From NCBI GenBank assembly GCA_965202665.1, contig OZ241841.1:1728001-1792000 (forward strand): a stretch of DNA of 64,000 bases, given 5' to 3'. Source of the stretch: Candidatus Spongiisociaceae bacterium. GTDB taxonomy: Bacteria > Actinomycetota > Acidimicrobiia > Spongiisociales > Spongiisociaceae. This document shows positions 10,519 to 19,966 of this stretch, piece by piece. Numbering within the stretch: the first letter of the stretch is position 1; each line of letters opens with the position of its first letter. Made by a program: the position numbers and the translations under genes. The notes under the pieces were generated by a model. The model saw only the letters and a program-made list of their open reading frames with translations, made no database searches and was not told where the DNA came from.

Positions 10519-11337
10519 TCAGGACAGGAAGTCCAGGATGACGGCGATGGATTTCTCCGCCTGTTCCACGTAGTGGCCGTGGCCGCTCCCTTCGAAGACG
10601 GCCAAGCGTCCGTTGGGCAGATGTTCCGCCACGTAACGGGCGCAGGCCCCGGGCATCGGGGCGTCCATGGGCGTCAAATTGTCCTCCGACCCCACCATCA
10701 CCAGGGTGGGGCAGGCGATGTCCGCCAACAGGTGGGTCACGTCGGTGTCGATCATCGCCTGGCATCCGTCTATGAACACTTCGGTGGAGGCGTTGCGGGC
10801 CACCACTTCCATCGTGGACAGCAACAGGGCTTCGCCCCCGTCCGGCCCGTCCAGGTAGGAGCGGGAGAAGGCCTTGGTCAGCAGTTCTTCGGCCATTTCC
10901 CGGGAGGCCGCCCCGTAGGCCCGGGCGATGTTCTGCCAGGTGCGGAAAGCCAGTTTGCCCATCCGGTCGCATCGGGCCACCGCCCCCGCCCCCAACAGCA
11001 ACCGCTCCACCCGTTGCGGATATTTGGCGGCGAAGGCGAGGGCGATGAAACTCCCCATGGATCCGCCGTGAATATGGGCCCGCTCGACATCCAAGGCTTC
11101 CATCAGCCCGGCCAGGTCATCGCACCACCCTTCAAACGTATAGGTCTGTTCAGGCCGGTCGCTCTTCCCGTAACCCCGGTGGTCGTAGTCCAACACCCGG
11201 TAACGCTCAGAAAGGCCGGGGGTGATAGTGGCGTAGCCTTCATGGGCGCTGACCGCCCCCCCGATCTGCACCACCGTCTCCCCTTCGCCCTCAAACCGAT
11301 ACCAAAGGTCGGCCCCATTAACTTCCACTTTAGGCAT
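10519..11337 (-). CDS. Alpha/beta fold hydrolase
   Basis: YDHRGYGKS, nucleophile GGSMG, PTLVMVGSED, GSGH. Confidence 0.9.
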   Translation of the reverse strand: MPKVEVNGADLWYRFEGEGETVVQIGGAVSAHEGYATITPGLSERYRVLDYDHRGYGKSDRPEQTYTFEGWCDDLAGLMEALDVERAHIHGGSMGSFIALAFAAKYPQRVERLLLGAGAVARCDRMGKLAFRTWQNIARAYGAASREMAEELLTKAFSRSYLDGPDGGEALLLSTMEVVARNASTEVFIDGCQAMIDTDVTHLLADIACPTLVMVGSEDNLTPMDAPMPGACARYVAEHLPNGRLAVFEGSGHGHYVEQAEKSIAVILDFLS

Positions 11338-11387
11338 ATTCCGCTCCTCGCTCCAGGCCCAAAACAATATGCTAGGCTCCGGGTAGT

Positions 11388-14300
11388 ATGAATGCTAAGG
11401 CTAACAGCAACCGGAACCACTCCTTCAAAGTAGGTGATTTCGTGCGATTGAAGGCCACAGGCGAGGTGGGGGTGGTTGTTGAGCTTATAGGAGACGACTT
11501 TGTAAAGGTCCAGTTCGCTGACGGCGCGAAGGTGGTAAATGCGGATGCTTTAGAACCCGCAGATAAGTCTCCAGTCGGCCCGGTCGGGTTGCTAGAAGGA
11601 GGCACACTCTCCGATAGTCGAGCTTTTGGTTTACGACTTCAGGCTGCTTACCTCCGACACGCTTACCGATATGACCCTAAGTCTGGGCTGTCCAACGCCA
11701 GGGTGGAGCCCAAGCTACATCAAGTGTTCGCCGCCCATCGGGTAACCGGCAAGCTCTTTCCTCGGATGATACTAGCTGATGAAGTTGGTTTAGGGAAAAC
11801 TATAGAGGCTGGGCTCATTTTAAAAGAACTTCGGGCTCGCGAAGTCATTGATCGCGTTCTCGTGGTTTGCCCAGCCTCTTTGCAACGCCAGTGGCAATAT
11901 GAGATGGAAACCAAATTCAATGAAGAGTTCGAAATATATAATAAAACCGCAGTTGATTTTCTCGGTAAGGACGGCAGTAATCCTTGGATGAAACGAAAGG
12001 GTGCCATAGCCTCCTATGAATTTGCCATCAAGCCAAGGAATATGGAACAAATTGTGGAAGCCGACTGGGATTTGATTATTTTTGATGAAGCACACCGGGT
12101 TAGAAGAACACGCGTCGGGAACAAATATAGAGAAACCAAGGCATACAAGATGGCTAAACTTCTACAAGATCGAGACTTTGGCTTATTATTGCTTACCGCT
12201 ACTCCTATGCAATTACACCTATATGAGCTCTATTCCCTTATTGACTTGATTGATTCTAGCCTTCATATAGATTTTGCTGAATTTGAGGACAAGATGTTAG
12301 AAATACCTGATTTGAATGATGCGATGAAGGAACTACAAGAATGGCCGTCAGTTCATAAACATCAGAGGCTCAATGCCGTTGTACGTTGGGGTTTTAAAAT
12401 GGGCTACTTGAGAAAAAAATCTGTTACCGATATTTTGAACGATGATGACAAGCGGGAGAAATTAATTAACGACTTGGTCCAACGACATCCTGTGGCACAA
12501 GTTCTTATTCGCAATCGTAAGAGTACCATAGGTGGATTTAAAGGACGAATTGCCAATCGTATACCAGTAAAGTTAACAGATGAAGAATGGGAGTTGTATA
12601 ATGAAATATCAGAATATATTCGGCTAGGTTATAACCGGGCTAACAAAGAGAAGAAGAGGGCGATTGGATTTACTATGACAATATATCAAAAACTCTTGAC
12701 TAGTAGCTCGTACGCCCTCCGCGAAAGTTTCAGAAATCGGGTGACTAACCTAAAGAATCAAGATAACGTAAGGCAAAAGGAAGCAATTACAGAAAATGGA
12801 TTAAACGAATTACGTGAACTTGATGATATTTCTGAAGGATTAGATCATTTAGAACAGGACGACATAGATAATTCTGAACAGAAATCAGAAATACGGGAGC
12901 TAGAGGGATATATTGACCGCCTAAATCAGATAAGAGATTCGAAAGCGGACAAATTAATAAATGAAATAGTATTGCCAATTCTGGATAAAAATTCCAGTGA
13001 GAAGATATTGATATTCACAGGTTTCGTCAATACACAGAAATTCCTGCAGAGAGTTCTTCAATCGATTGGCTATGAGGTCACCATTTTCAATGGTCAGATG
13101 GACTTATCCGAGAAGGAGAAGTCGGTCCAGCGATTCAGACAACAAGCGCAGATTATGATTACAACAGAAGCAGGTGGCGAAGGTCGTAACTTTCAGTTTG
13201 CGCATATTATGGTAAACTATGATCTGCCGTGGAATCCGATGAAGGTTGAACAGCGGATCGGTCGTCTTGATCGAATTGGCCAAACTCGTAAAGTTCAGAT
13301 ATACAATCTTTATAGTGAGAGTACACTAGAACAGCGAATTTTAGATGTATTGGAATATCGTATTCAACTCTTTACTCGGGCAGTAGGTTCATTGGATCCT
13401 ATACTTGGCGAAGTAGAACGAGATTTAGAAAGAATTATTTTCGAGCATATGGACAATCTAGATGAGTATATGGAGAAATTCGAAAAAGATCTTGCGGAAA
13501 GAATCAAAGAAGCAAGGGAAACCGAAAAGTTATTGGGTGACTTTATTTTGGATCGTACTAGCTTGAGACAAGACGAGGCAAATATACTATTAGAACGATC
13601 TACGCTGGCTAGTTTTGATGACCTGCACCGATTTATTGAGGAAGCACTAAACTATTATGGAGGAAGATTGAGTAAGCATAATAACGGAGGTGATTATTTA
13701 ACATTGTCACCCAATCTAAGACACGATATTCAGGCTGACAGTACCAATGTTCGTGGAGTATTTGATCCGAAGGAGGCACTGGAGTGGGAAGATTTAGATT
13801 TTTTCGCTTTCGGACACAAACATATTGACCGAATAGTAGACTATGTCTATAACCAAGATGCGAAGACGGGGGTCCGTTTTTTACCAGATGCCCCCCCAGG
13901 AGTTACGATAGAGATAATATATGAGTACGAAAGTCGAAGACCCCTTCATACAAAGGGTCAAAGAGGACCCTTTCATGCAAAAGGTCAAATGGTCCGACAT
14001 CATATAGGACAAGACTTGCAAATCCATAGTGAAATGATTACAACCATACCTGCTGTGGGTCAGGCCTGTAACAGCAAAGTAGATGTACCAGAGTGGTTAC
14101 CTAGTGCTTTGGAGATAAGCCAGCAGAGAGCTATCGAGGAATTGGAGCAGTTTCAAGAGAAGACATATAGGGAAGGATTACCAGAACGTAGAGGGATGGA
14201 AGAGCGTTACCGGCGGGTGTTTGCTCATCAGCGTAAACAGTTGAAAGCTAAGATAGAAAAAGCAAGGGCTTGGATAGATGAAAAAACACAAAGTGGCTCC

Positions 14301-14465
14301 GATGATGAAAAAAAGATTCTACCTGCCCAGCGAGCGAGGTTACGGCAAATGGAACAAGAACTTCAGAATCTAACCTCCGAGTTACAGCACAAAATTGAAG
14401 AATTGAATCGTCCGGCAGATATCATTCAGACGATTGTATCAGCAGGATTGGTAATGAGACAATGA
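11388..14465 (+). CDS. SNF2-family (RapA/HepA-like) helicase/translocase
   Basis: LADEVGLGKT, DEAH, TAT, GGEGRNFQ, YDLPWNP, QRIGRLDRIGQ; N-terminal SH3/Tudor-like segment; C-terminal coiled coil; low GC. Confidence 0.92.
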   Translation: MNAKANSNRNHSFKVGDFVRLKATGEVGVVVELIGDDFVKVQFADGAKVVNADALEPADKSPVGPVGLLEGGTLSDSRAFGLRLQAAYLRHAYRYDPKSGLSNARVEPKLHQVFAAHRVTGKLFPRMILADEVGLGKTIEAGLILKELRAREVIDRVLVVCPASLQRQWQYEMETKFNEEFEIYNKTAVDFLGKDGSNPWMKRKGAIASYEFAIKPRNMEQIVEADWDLIIFDEAHRVRRTRVGNKYRETKAYKMAKLLQDRDFGLLLLTATPMQLHLYELYSLIDLIDSSLHIDFAEFEDKMLEIPDLNDAMKELQEWPSVHKHQRLNAVVRWGFKMGYLRKKSVTDILNDDDKREKLINDLVQRHPVAQVLIRNRKSTIGGFKGRIANRIPVKLTDEEWELYNEISEYIRLGYNRANKEKKRAIGFTMTIYQKLLTSSSYALRESFRNRVTNLKNQDNVRQKEAITENGLNELRELDDISEGLDHLEQDDIDNSEQKSEIRELEGYIDRLNQIRDSKADKLINEIVLPILDKNSSEKILIFTGFVNTQKFLQRVLQSIGYEVTIFNGQMDLSEKEKSVQRFRQQAQIMITTEAGGEGRNFQFAHIMVNYDLPWNPMKVEQRIGRLDRIGQTRKVQIYNLYSESTLEQRILDVLEYRIQLFTRAVGSLDPILGEVERDLERIIFEHMDNLDEYMEKFEKDLAERIKEARETEKLLGDFILDRTSLRQDEANILLERSTLASFDDLHRFIEEALNYYGGRLSKHNNGGDYLTLSPNLRHDIQADSTNVRGVFDPKEALEWEDLDFFAFGHKHIDRIVDYVYNQDAKTGVRFLPDAPPGVTIEIIYEYESRRPLHTKGQRGPFHAKGQMVRHHIGQDLQIHSEMITTIPAVGQACNSKVDVPEWLPSALEISQQRAIEELEQFQEKTYREGLPERRGMEERYRRVFAHQRKQLKAKIEKARAWIDEKTQSGSDDEKKILPAQRARLRQMEQELQNLTSELQHKIEELNRPADIIQTIVSAGLVMRQ

Positions 14466-15817
14466 GAAACGTACTTGCCTGTGGTATTGACTTTGGAACA
14501 ACCAATAGCTCTGTATCGATCGCGTATGATAACGGCGATGTAGAGTTAGTTACTATTGACACTAGCACGCCCATGCCCCGTAGCTTGTCATCCATTGCAT
14601 ATATAGATCGTGAAGATGCTAAGCAAGCAGGACAAGAAGCTGTTAAACAGTTTATGATTACCGGACCTATTAGTACTTCTTGCGGTAATTGTGATTTAGT
14701 AGAGATAATCAAGTTTGGTGGTTTTGCACATTATGATACAGATTGTAAGCAACATCAGCCTGGGGGTAGGTGTCAGGACGCCCGTCTGGTTAGTGGAGTG
14801 AAAAGCTTACTAGCCCCCACTGAGAATGGTACTACCCATGCTTGGGCCAGGTATTTTGAATTGGAGGATTTTGTTGCGATCATAATAAAGGAGCTTAAGA
14901 AACGGGTTGATGATATAGCAGGTGCCAATATACGTAGAGTTGTTTTAGGATATCCAGTAACTTTCGTGGGTGCTGAAGGCTCAGATTATGAAAATCTACA
15001 GGAAGGGGCAGAGGGCAGACTACAACGAGCGGCAGAAAAGGCGGGGTTCACTGATATAGAATTATTTCCGGAACCAGCTGCTGTGTTGCTGGATCAATAC
15101 TTGAAGGATGGATACATACTAGCGGTAGATTTTGGTGGTGGAACTTATGATGTGGCAGTCTTAGAGAACCAGGGAAGCGAGCCGGAGATCGTAGCACTTC
15201 AGGGTGCTACGATAGGTGGAGAAAAATTCGACGGTTTGTTGTTTGATAAAAAGGTGGCTGACGCTATAGGTCTAAACCAGAAACCCAAAGGCAAAACTTT
15301 GCCCAAATGGATAAAGATTAATATGCGAACCTTGGCTGGCATCCCTATTTTACTCAAAAATCCGTTTCTTCTGTCCACCTTATTGAATTTTGAAAGTCTA
15401 GGAGCCAATATTGATGCCATTCGTGAGATTTTGTTTGGTGGTCATGCGTATAGTTTCTATACTGAAGTGGAGAGAGCTAAAATAGAATTATCCGAAAGCC
15501 AAGTAGCTCAGATTCGCTATCATGTGCAAGGCAGGATTGATGTATCAGCCACGGTATATCGGACTGATTTCGATCGTTGGATAAGTTCATATCTTGACAG
15601 GGTTGATACCGCTACAATAACCGCCGTAAATGAGGCTGGTGTAGCACCTCAAGATGTCCATACCGTCTTACGAGCAGGAGGTTCATCAAAAATACCGCAA
15701 TTTATTGACAGACTAGAATCTATATTTCCGAATGCGGAAATCAGGGAACGGGATGCGTTTACATCCGTGGCCTATGGCCTTGGTGTACATGCATTGGAGG
15801 TATGGGGTAATGTCTGA
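14462..15817 (+). CDS. Hsp70-family ATPase lacking a substrate-binding domain (YegD-like), with Cys-rich insert
   Basis: GIDFGTTNS, EPAA, DFGGGT, AGGSSKIP; only 451 aa; insert CGNC-x14-C-x8-C; ATGA overlap with helicase. Confidence 0.88.
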   Translation: MRNVLACGIDFGTTNSSVSIAYDNGDVELVTIDTSTPMPRSLSSIAYIDREDAKQAGQEAVKQFMITGPISTSCGNCDLVEIIKFGGFAHYDTDCKQHQPGGRCQDARLVSGVKSLLAPTENGTTHAWARYFELEDFVAIIIKELKKRVDDIAGANIRRVVLGYPVTFVGAEGSDYENLQEGAEGRLQRAAEKAGFTDIELFPEPAAVLLDQYLKDGYILAVDFGGGTYDVAVLENQGSEPEIVALQGATIGGEKFDGLLFDKKVADAIGLNQKPKGKTLPKWIKINMRTLAGIPILLKNPFLLSTLLNFESLGANIDAIREILFGGHAYSFYTEVERAKIELSESQVAQIRYHVQGRIDVSATVYRTDFDRWISSYLDRVDTATITAVNEAGVAPQDVHTVLRAGGSSKIPQFIDRLESIFPNAEIRERDAFTSVAYGLGVHALEVWGNV

Positions 15818-16562
15818 TGACAAGCAAAAGCCTCGTGAGAGGATAAGGATTCCTACGCCCAAGGAGTTAGACGAGTCCGCTACCGGTGGACAGTCGGAAC
15901 AGGATGAGCCTCAGGAGCAAAAGGGCGGTCGTGCCCGGTTCCGGCGGATCCGGATGCGGATGAGGGGAGGTGTGGGGCGGAACAAGAAAGTGCTAAAGGC
16001 TCCTCGACCTGATGTAGAGACAGTAGGGGAAGGTCCTCCGGATGGAAAAGACCCAGGAGATGTCGAGCCAGGTTTTATCGTCCCCTTATCTGAGCGGGTA
16101 ATAGGGGATGAAGGTGGTCAGATACAAGAAGAGGCTGTTCTTCCGAGGCAGATACCGGGACGGATCCAGCCGTTCAAGGACGAGTTTAGCGAAGAGGATA
16201 AACAAGAGGATTCTTCTAGATCGCGTGTCCGTGCTGTCAAATTCTCACCTAAGATTAAGAAAAGGAAAGAGGAACCGGTTCCTGATGATGATGCAAAGAG
16301 GCCCAAGAGTCGTGAGGAGATAGCTCGGGATTTAGCTAGTCGTAATGCTCAAGAAAATGGTCATGATATAGGTGACTTTTTCAAGCAGGTTCGCCCAGAT
16401 CGCACTAAGCACTTTACAGCTACATGTAGAAAATGTGGTTTGGATATCATAGCTGTGGTGGAGCTTGATGATTATCAGGTAAAAGGACTTCCAGGAGTTA
16501 TCGGGAAGGCTAAAAACAAAAGATGTACAGAAGAAGTTAAGAATAGAGGAGTCGGTCTTTAG
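15810..16562 (+). CDS. Hypothetical protein with charged disordered N-terminus and putative C-terminal Zn ribbon
   Basis: GGAGG RBS; overlaps Hsp70 stop; GH...CRKCG...C tail. Confidence 0.7.
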   Translation: MSDDKQKPRERIRIPTPKELDESATGGQSEQDEPQEQKGGRARFRRIRMRMRGGVGRNKKVLKAPRPDVETVGEGPPDGKDPGDVEPGFIVPLSERVIGDEGGQIQEEAVLPRQIPGRIQPFKDEFSEEDKQEDSSRSRVRAVKFSPKIKKRKEEPVPDDDAKRPKSREEIARDLASRNAQENGHDIGDFFKQVRPDRTKHFTATCRKCGLDIIAVVELDDYQVKGLPGVIGKAKNKRCTEEVKNRGVGL

Positions 16563-16593
16563 GCGATTCTTTGCGGACGTTTCGGGGGTTGGG

Positions 16594-17385
16594 TTATTCT
16601 TCGGGTACGTCGTAGAGTTGGGCGGCTAGGCCTCCGTCTACTACCAGGTTGACGCCGGATACGTAGCGGGCGTCGTCGGAGGCCAGATACAGGAACGCGC
16701 GGGCTATGTCGTCGGGGGCGGCTAGGCGGTTGGCGGGTACGGCCGGGAAACCCTGTTTGCGCCATTTGTCCATCAGTTCTTCGCCCACCAGGTCCACTGA
16801 CTGCTGGGTGTCGGCCGGGCCGGGGGAGACGCAGTTGCATCGAATGCCGTAGGGGGCGCATTCCACAGCGATGGCTTTGGCCAGGGCCGTCAGCCCCGCT
16901 TTGGACACGCAGTAGGGGGTGAAGTTGCGCCCATGGCCTAAAGCGGCGATGGAGGCGGTGAACAGGATGACCCCGCCCCCGGTGTCTTTCATCGCCCGGG
17001 CGGCCCGTTGCGCCAGCACGAAGTAGGCGTCCAGGTTGACCGCCAGCACCCTCCTCCACCCTTCCTGGCTGACTTCCAGAAAAGGGTCGTCCACCCAGGC
17101 GGCGGCGTTGGAAATGAGCGCATCCAGCCGGGGATGAACTTCCAAGGCCCGTTCCATCGCCGAGGCGCAGGCCCCCATGTTCTCCAAGTCGGCGAGGATG
17201 GGGACGGGGGCGGCTCCCCGCTCCGCGACCGACTCGGCCGCTTTTTCCAAGCGGTCGGGGGCCCGGTCCACCAGATAGAGGTTGGCCGCCCCTTCTTCGG
17301 CGAACAATTGGGCGGTGCGCAACCCGATACCGCTTCCCGCCCCGGTTACCAGAACGTTTTTACCTGTGAACCGTCGCCCGCTCAT
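16594..17385 (-). CDS. SDR family oxidoreductase
   Basis: TGAGSGIG, SNAA, YCVSK, GIRCNCVSPG, VVDGG. Confidence 0.93.
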   Translation of the reverse strand: MSGRRFTGKNVLVTGAGSGIGLRTAQLFAEEGAANLYLVDRAPDRLEKAAESVAERGAAPVPILADLENMGACASAMERALEVHPRLDALISNAAAWVDDPFLEVSQEGWRRVLAVNLDAYFVLAQRAARAMKDTGGGVILFTASIAALGHGRNFTPYCVSKAGLTALAKAIAVECAPYGIRCNCVSPGPADTQQSVDLVGEELMDKWRKQGFPAVPANRLAAPDDIARAFLYLASDDARYVSGVNLVVDGGLAAQLYDVPEE

Positions 17386-17447
17386 CCGTCTTCTCCTATC
17401 CGGTTGCTGAGCAGATGCCCCCAGATTAGGCGACGGCGCGCCGGTTG

Positions 17448-17708
17448 TTATCCGCTCAGGACGGGAATTTCCACTTCGATGGCTTTGGGGAGTATCCGCC
17501 CGCCCGGTTCCAGCGGCGGCCCGCTGTAGCGTTGGGGCGGCGGTATGGGTTGGTTGTGTTCGGTCATGGCTTCCACGTAGAGGGCGGCGGCGTCCCCCAA
17601 GTCTTCCGTAACGTCGGCGATGGTAGCGCCGACGCCGTAGGCGGCCAGACCCACCACCCACCCGGACCAGCCTTCCGGCGTGGGCTCAATCACCGCATCG
17701 TATTTCAT
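17448..17708 (-). CDS. HicB-like antitoxin (RNase H-like fold), apparently orphan
   Basis: YDAVIE..EGWSGWV..L..YGVGATI.DV.EDL.DAAALYVE pattern; GGAGG RBS. Confidence 0.65.
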   Translation of the reverse strand: MKYDAVIEPTPEGWSGWVVGLAAYGVGATIADVTEDLGDAAALYVEAMTEHNQPIPPPQRYSGPPLEPGGRILPKAIEVEIPVLSG

Positions 17709-17760
17709 AGAAATCCTCCGTTCCCTTCCCGGCTAGGCAACCCAACCATCCCAACCAAGT

Positions 17761-18465
17761 TCACACGACGCGCAGGGGCGGCGACGGTTGGGAAAAGTCG
17801 GGCGGGGGGGAGCCTATGGCTACGAACATCCGCTCGGCGGCGAACACGCCCACCCCGACGTCTTTTCCTTTAACCCGCACGGTGAGGGCCCCCTGCGGGT
17901 CTTTCTGCACCAACTCCACCAGGGCATGCGGCCGCAGGTTGCTTTCGTCCAGGTAGCGCATCATTTCCGCATCCAGTTCCAACTCTTCCGAAATGCGCTC
18001 CAAAGGGTAAACGTCCCCCGGTTCCATTTCCGCCATCGGTTTCATCCGGGGCGGTTTGTATCCGGCTCCGGGGATGGGGTTGCCGTGCGGACAGGTTTTC
18101 GGGTCGTCCATCACCGCCCACATGGCGGCCTCCACATCGTCGGAGATCATCGTCTCCCAAACTTCCGCCTCCTCATGCACTTTCGCCCAGGGCAGGCGCA
18201 GCACCTCCGACAGGAAACGTTCCGCCAGGCGGTGGCGGCGCACGATCACCGCCGCCATATGGCGCCCTTCCGGGGTGAGCCGTATTTCATCCCCGATCGC
18301 CACCAGGCCTTCCTGTTCCATCCGGTGCACCATTTCCGACACGCTGGCCCGGCTCACCCCCAGCCAGTCGGAGATGCGGGCCTGGATGACGGGAATGCCC
18401 GCTTCCTCAATCTCCCAGACGGCCTCGGCGTATTCCCGGTAACGAACGGGGTAGGTGGCGTCCAT
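17761..18465 (-). CDS. DtxR/MntR family metal-dependent regulator with FeoA domain
   Basis: LGVSRASVSEMV, RRHRLAERFL, CPHGNPIPG. Confidence 0.92.
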   Translation of the reverse strand: MDATYPVRYREYAEAVWEIEEAGIPVIQARISDWLGVSRASVSEMVHRMEQEGLVAIGDEIRLTPEGRHMAAVIVRRHRLAERFLSEVLRLPWAKVHEEAEVWETMISDDVEAAMWAVMDDPKTCPHGNPIPGAGYKPPRMKPMAEMEPGDVYPLERISEELELDAEMMRYLDESNLRPHALVELVQKDPQGALTVRVKGKDVGVGVFAAERMFVAIGSPPPDFSQPSPPLRVV

Positions 18466-18530
18466 GGGCCCATAGTAGCCGCCCCCGCCCCCCGACCGCC
18501 CCCAAAAGCCCGACGATAGGCCGCAGCCGA

Positions 18531-19823
18531 TCAGTCTTTGCCGGCCTCGTACATCCAGCGGTGACCGCCTTCAGCGGCCCGGAAGTTTGCGGTCCAGCCG
18601 CTGTCGGTCAGGAAGCGGTGGGCGGCCAGGGCGTAGATTTTGGCGGCCAGGGCGGGGCCGTCGGCGGACAGGTATTCGTTGGGGCTGTGCGCCCGGGGCA
18701 GCATTCCCGGCCCGAAGGCGGCCACGCACGGAATCCCGGCCGTCAACTGGAAATGGGGGGCGTCGGTGGCCCCCGGAAAGGCGTCCAGCCGGGGGGTTTC
18801 CCCCAGCACGTCCCGGGCGGCCGACAGCAAAGTCCCCACCACCGGATCCCCGGCGCTGATTTCGGTGGCGGGCACCATCCCCACCAGGGTCAGTTCGGCG
18901 TCCAACTCCGGGTCGTCGGCCTTCGCCGCCGCCAGAAACCGCTCAATGTCGGCCCGCATCTCCTCTTCGGTCATTCCGGGCAGGGTGCGGATGTCGCAGG
19001 CGAATTCCCCCCGCCCCGGATAAACCCCGAAGAAAACCCCCCCGGACACCATCACCCCCACGTTCACGGTGGGGGCCGGGCACAGGGGATGCGGTTCGTA
19101 GGTCAGATAGGACAGCAATTCCCGGTCCATCCGTTGGATGAGCCCCGCCATTTTCACGGTGGCGTTCACCCCTTTGATGCGGTCGGAGATGGAAGAATGC
19201 ATTTGCGTGCCCCGCACCGTCACTTTCAACAGGCACGCCCCCCGGGAAACCAGATGCAGGGACTCCCATTCTTTTTCCACCCCCGCCGGTTCGCCGATGA
19301 TGGCCGCGTGGGCTTCCAACAACCCGTTTTCGGCCAGCCATTGCGCCCCCAGGGCCGACCCGGCTTCTTCGTCGGCGGTGAAAACCGCGGTGAGCCGCCC
19401 CGGACGGCCGGGGTGGGCGGCTATCGCCCCCATGGCGTACACGATCCCCGCCACCGCCGCTTTCATATCCCCCGATCCCAAGCCGATCAGGTCTTCGCCC
19501 CGCACCACCGGATCCCACGGGTCGGTTTCCCACGCTTCCATGTCCCCGGCCGGTTTGGTGTCGATGTGGCCGGACAGCATCAGGGTCGGCCCTTCCTCGT
19601 CCCCGTCCACCTGCGCGATCAGGTTGGGCCGTTTTTCTTCCGCCCCCGCCCGCCGCACTTCGGTCACGCCCAAGTCGGCCAGCCGGGAGGCAACCAGTTC
19701 GGCCACCGCCCTTTCGTCCCCCGGCGGGTTGGGGGAGGGGACGGCGATCAGGTCGCGGGCGAACTGCAGGATTTCGCCTTCCCGTTCTTCCAGGTAGGCC
19801 AGCAGGTTGCGTTCGACGGTCAT
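18531..19823 (-). CDS. M20 (ArgE/DapE) family metallohydrolase
   Basis: GHIDT, GSGDMK, ADEE, GATD, AHSPNE. Confidence 0.9.
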   Translation of the reverse strand: MTVERNLLAYLEEREGEILQFARDLIAVPSPNPPGDERAVAELVASRLADLGVTEVRRAGAEEKRPNLIAQVDGDEEGPTLMLSGHIDTKPAGDMEAWETDPWDPVVRGEDLIGLGSGDMKAAVAGIVYAMGAIAAHPGRPGRLTAVFTADEEAGSALGAQWLAENGLLEAHAAIIGEPAGVEKEWESLHLVSRGACLLKVTVRGTQMHSSISDRIKGVNATVKMAGLIQRMDRELLSYLTYEPHPLCPAPTVNVGVMVSGGVFFGVYPGRGEFACDIRTLPGMTEEEMRADIERFLAAAKADDPELDAELTLVGMVPATEISAGDPVVGTLLSAARDVLGETPRLDAFPGATDAPHFQLTAGIPCVAAFGPGMLPRAHSPNEYLSADGPALAAKIYALAAHRFLTDSGWTANFRAAEGGHRWMYEAGKD

Positions 19824-19966
19824 GGGGCCTCCATTCCGGTCGCGGGCGGTGAAACAAGAATAGTATCAGGCGGGGGGCGGGGCCCGTCCTCCGCCCAAAG
19901 GCCGGCCCCGAACCGTCGGCCCGGCCCCGGCCCGCATAGTTCCCGCCGTAGATTAAGGAGGCGACA

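Noticed and set aside
11388-16562. Assignment of the island to DISARM, BREX or Zorya
   Set aside because: The partner genes (methyltransferase, DUF1998, PLD, PglZ, ZorAB) are absent.
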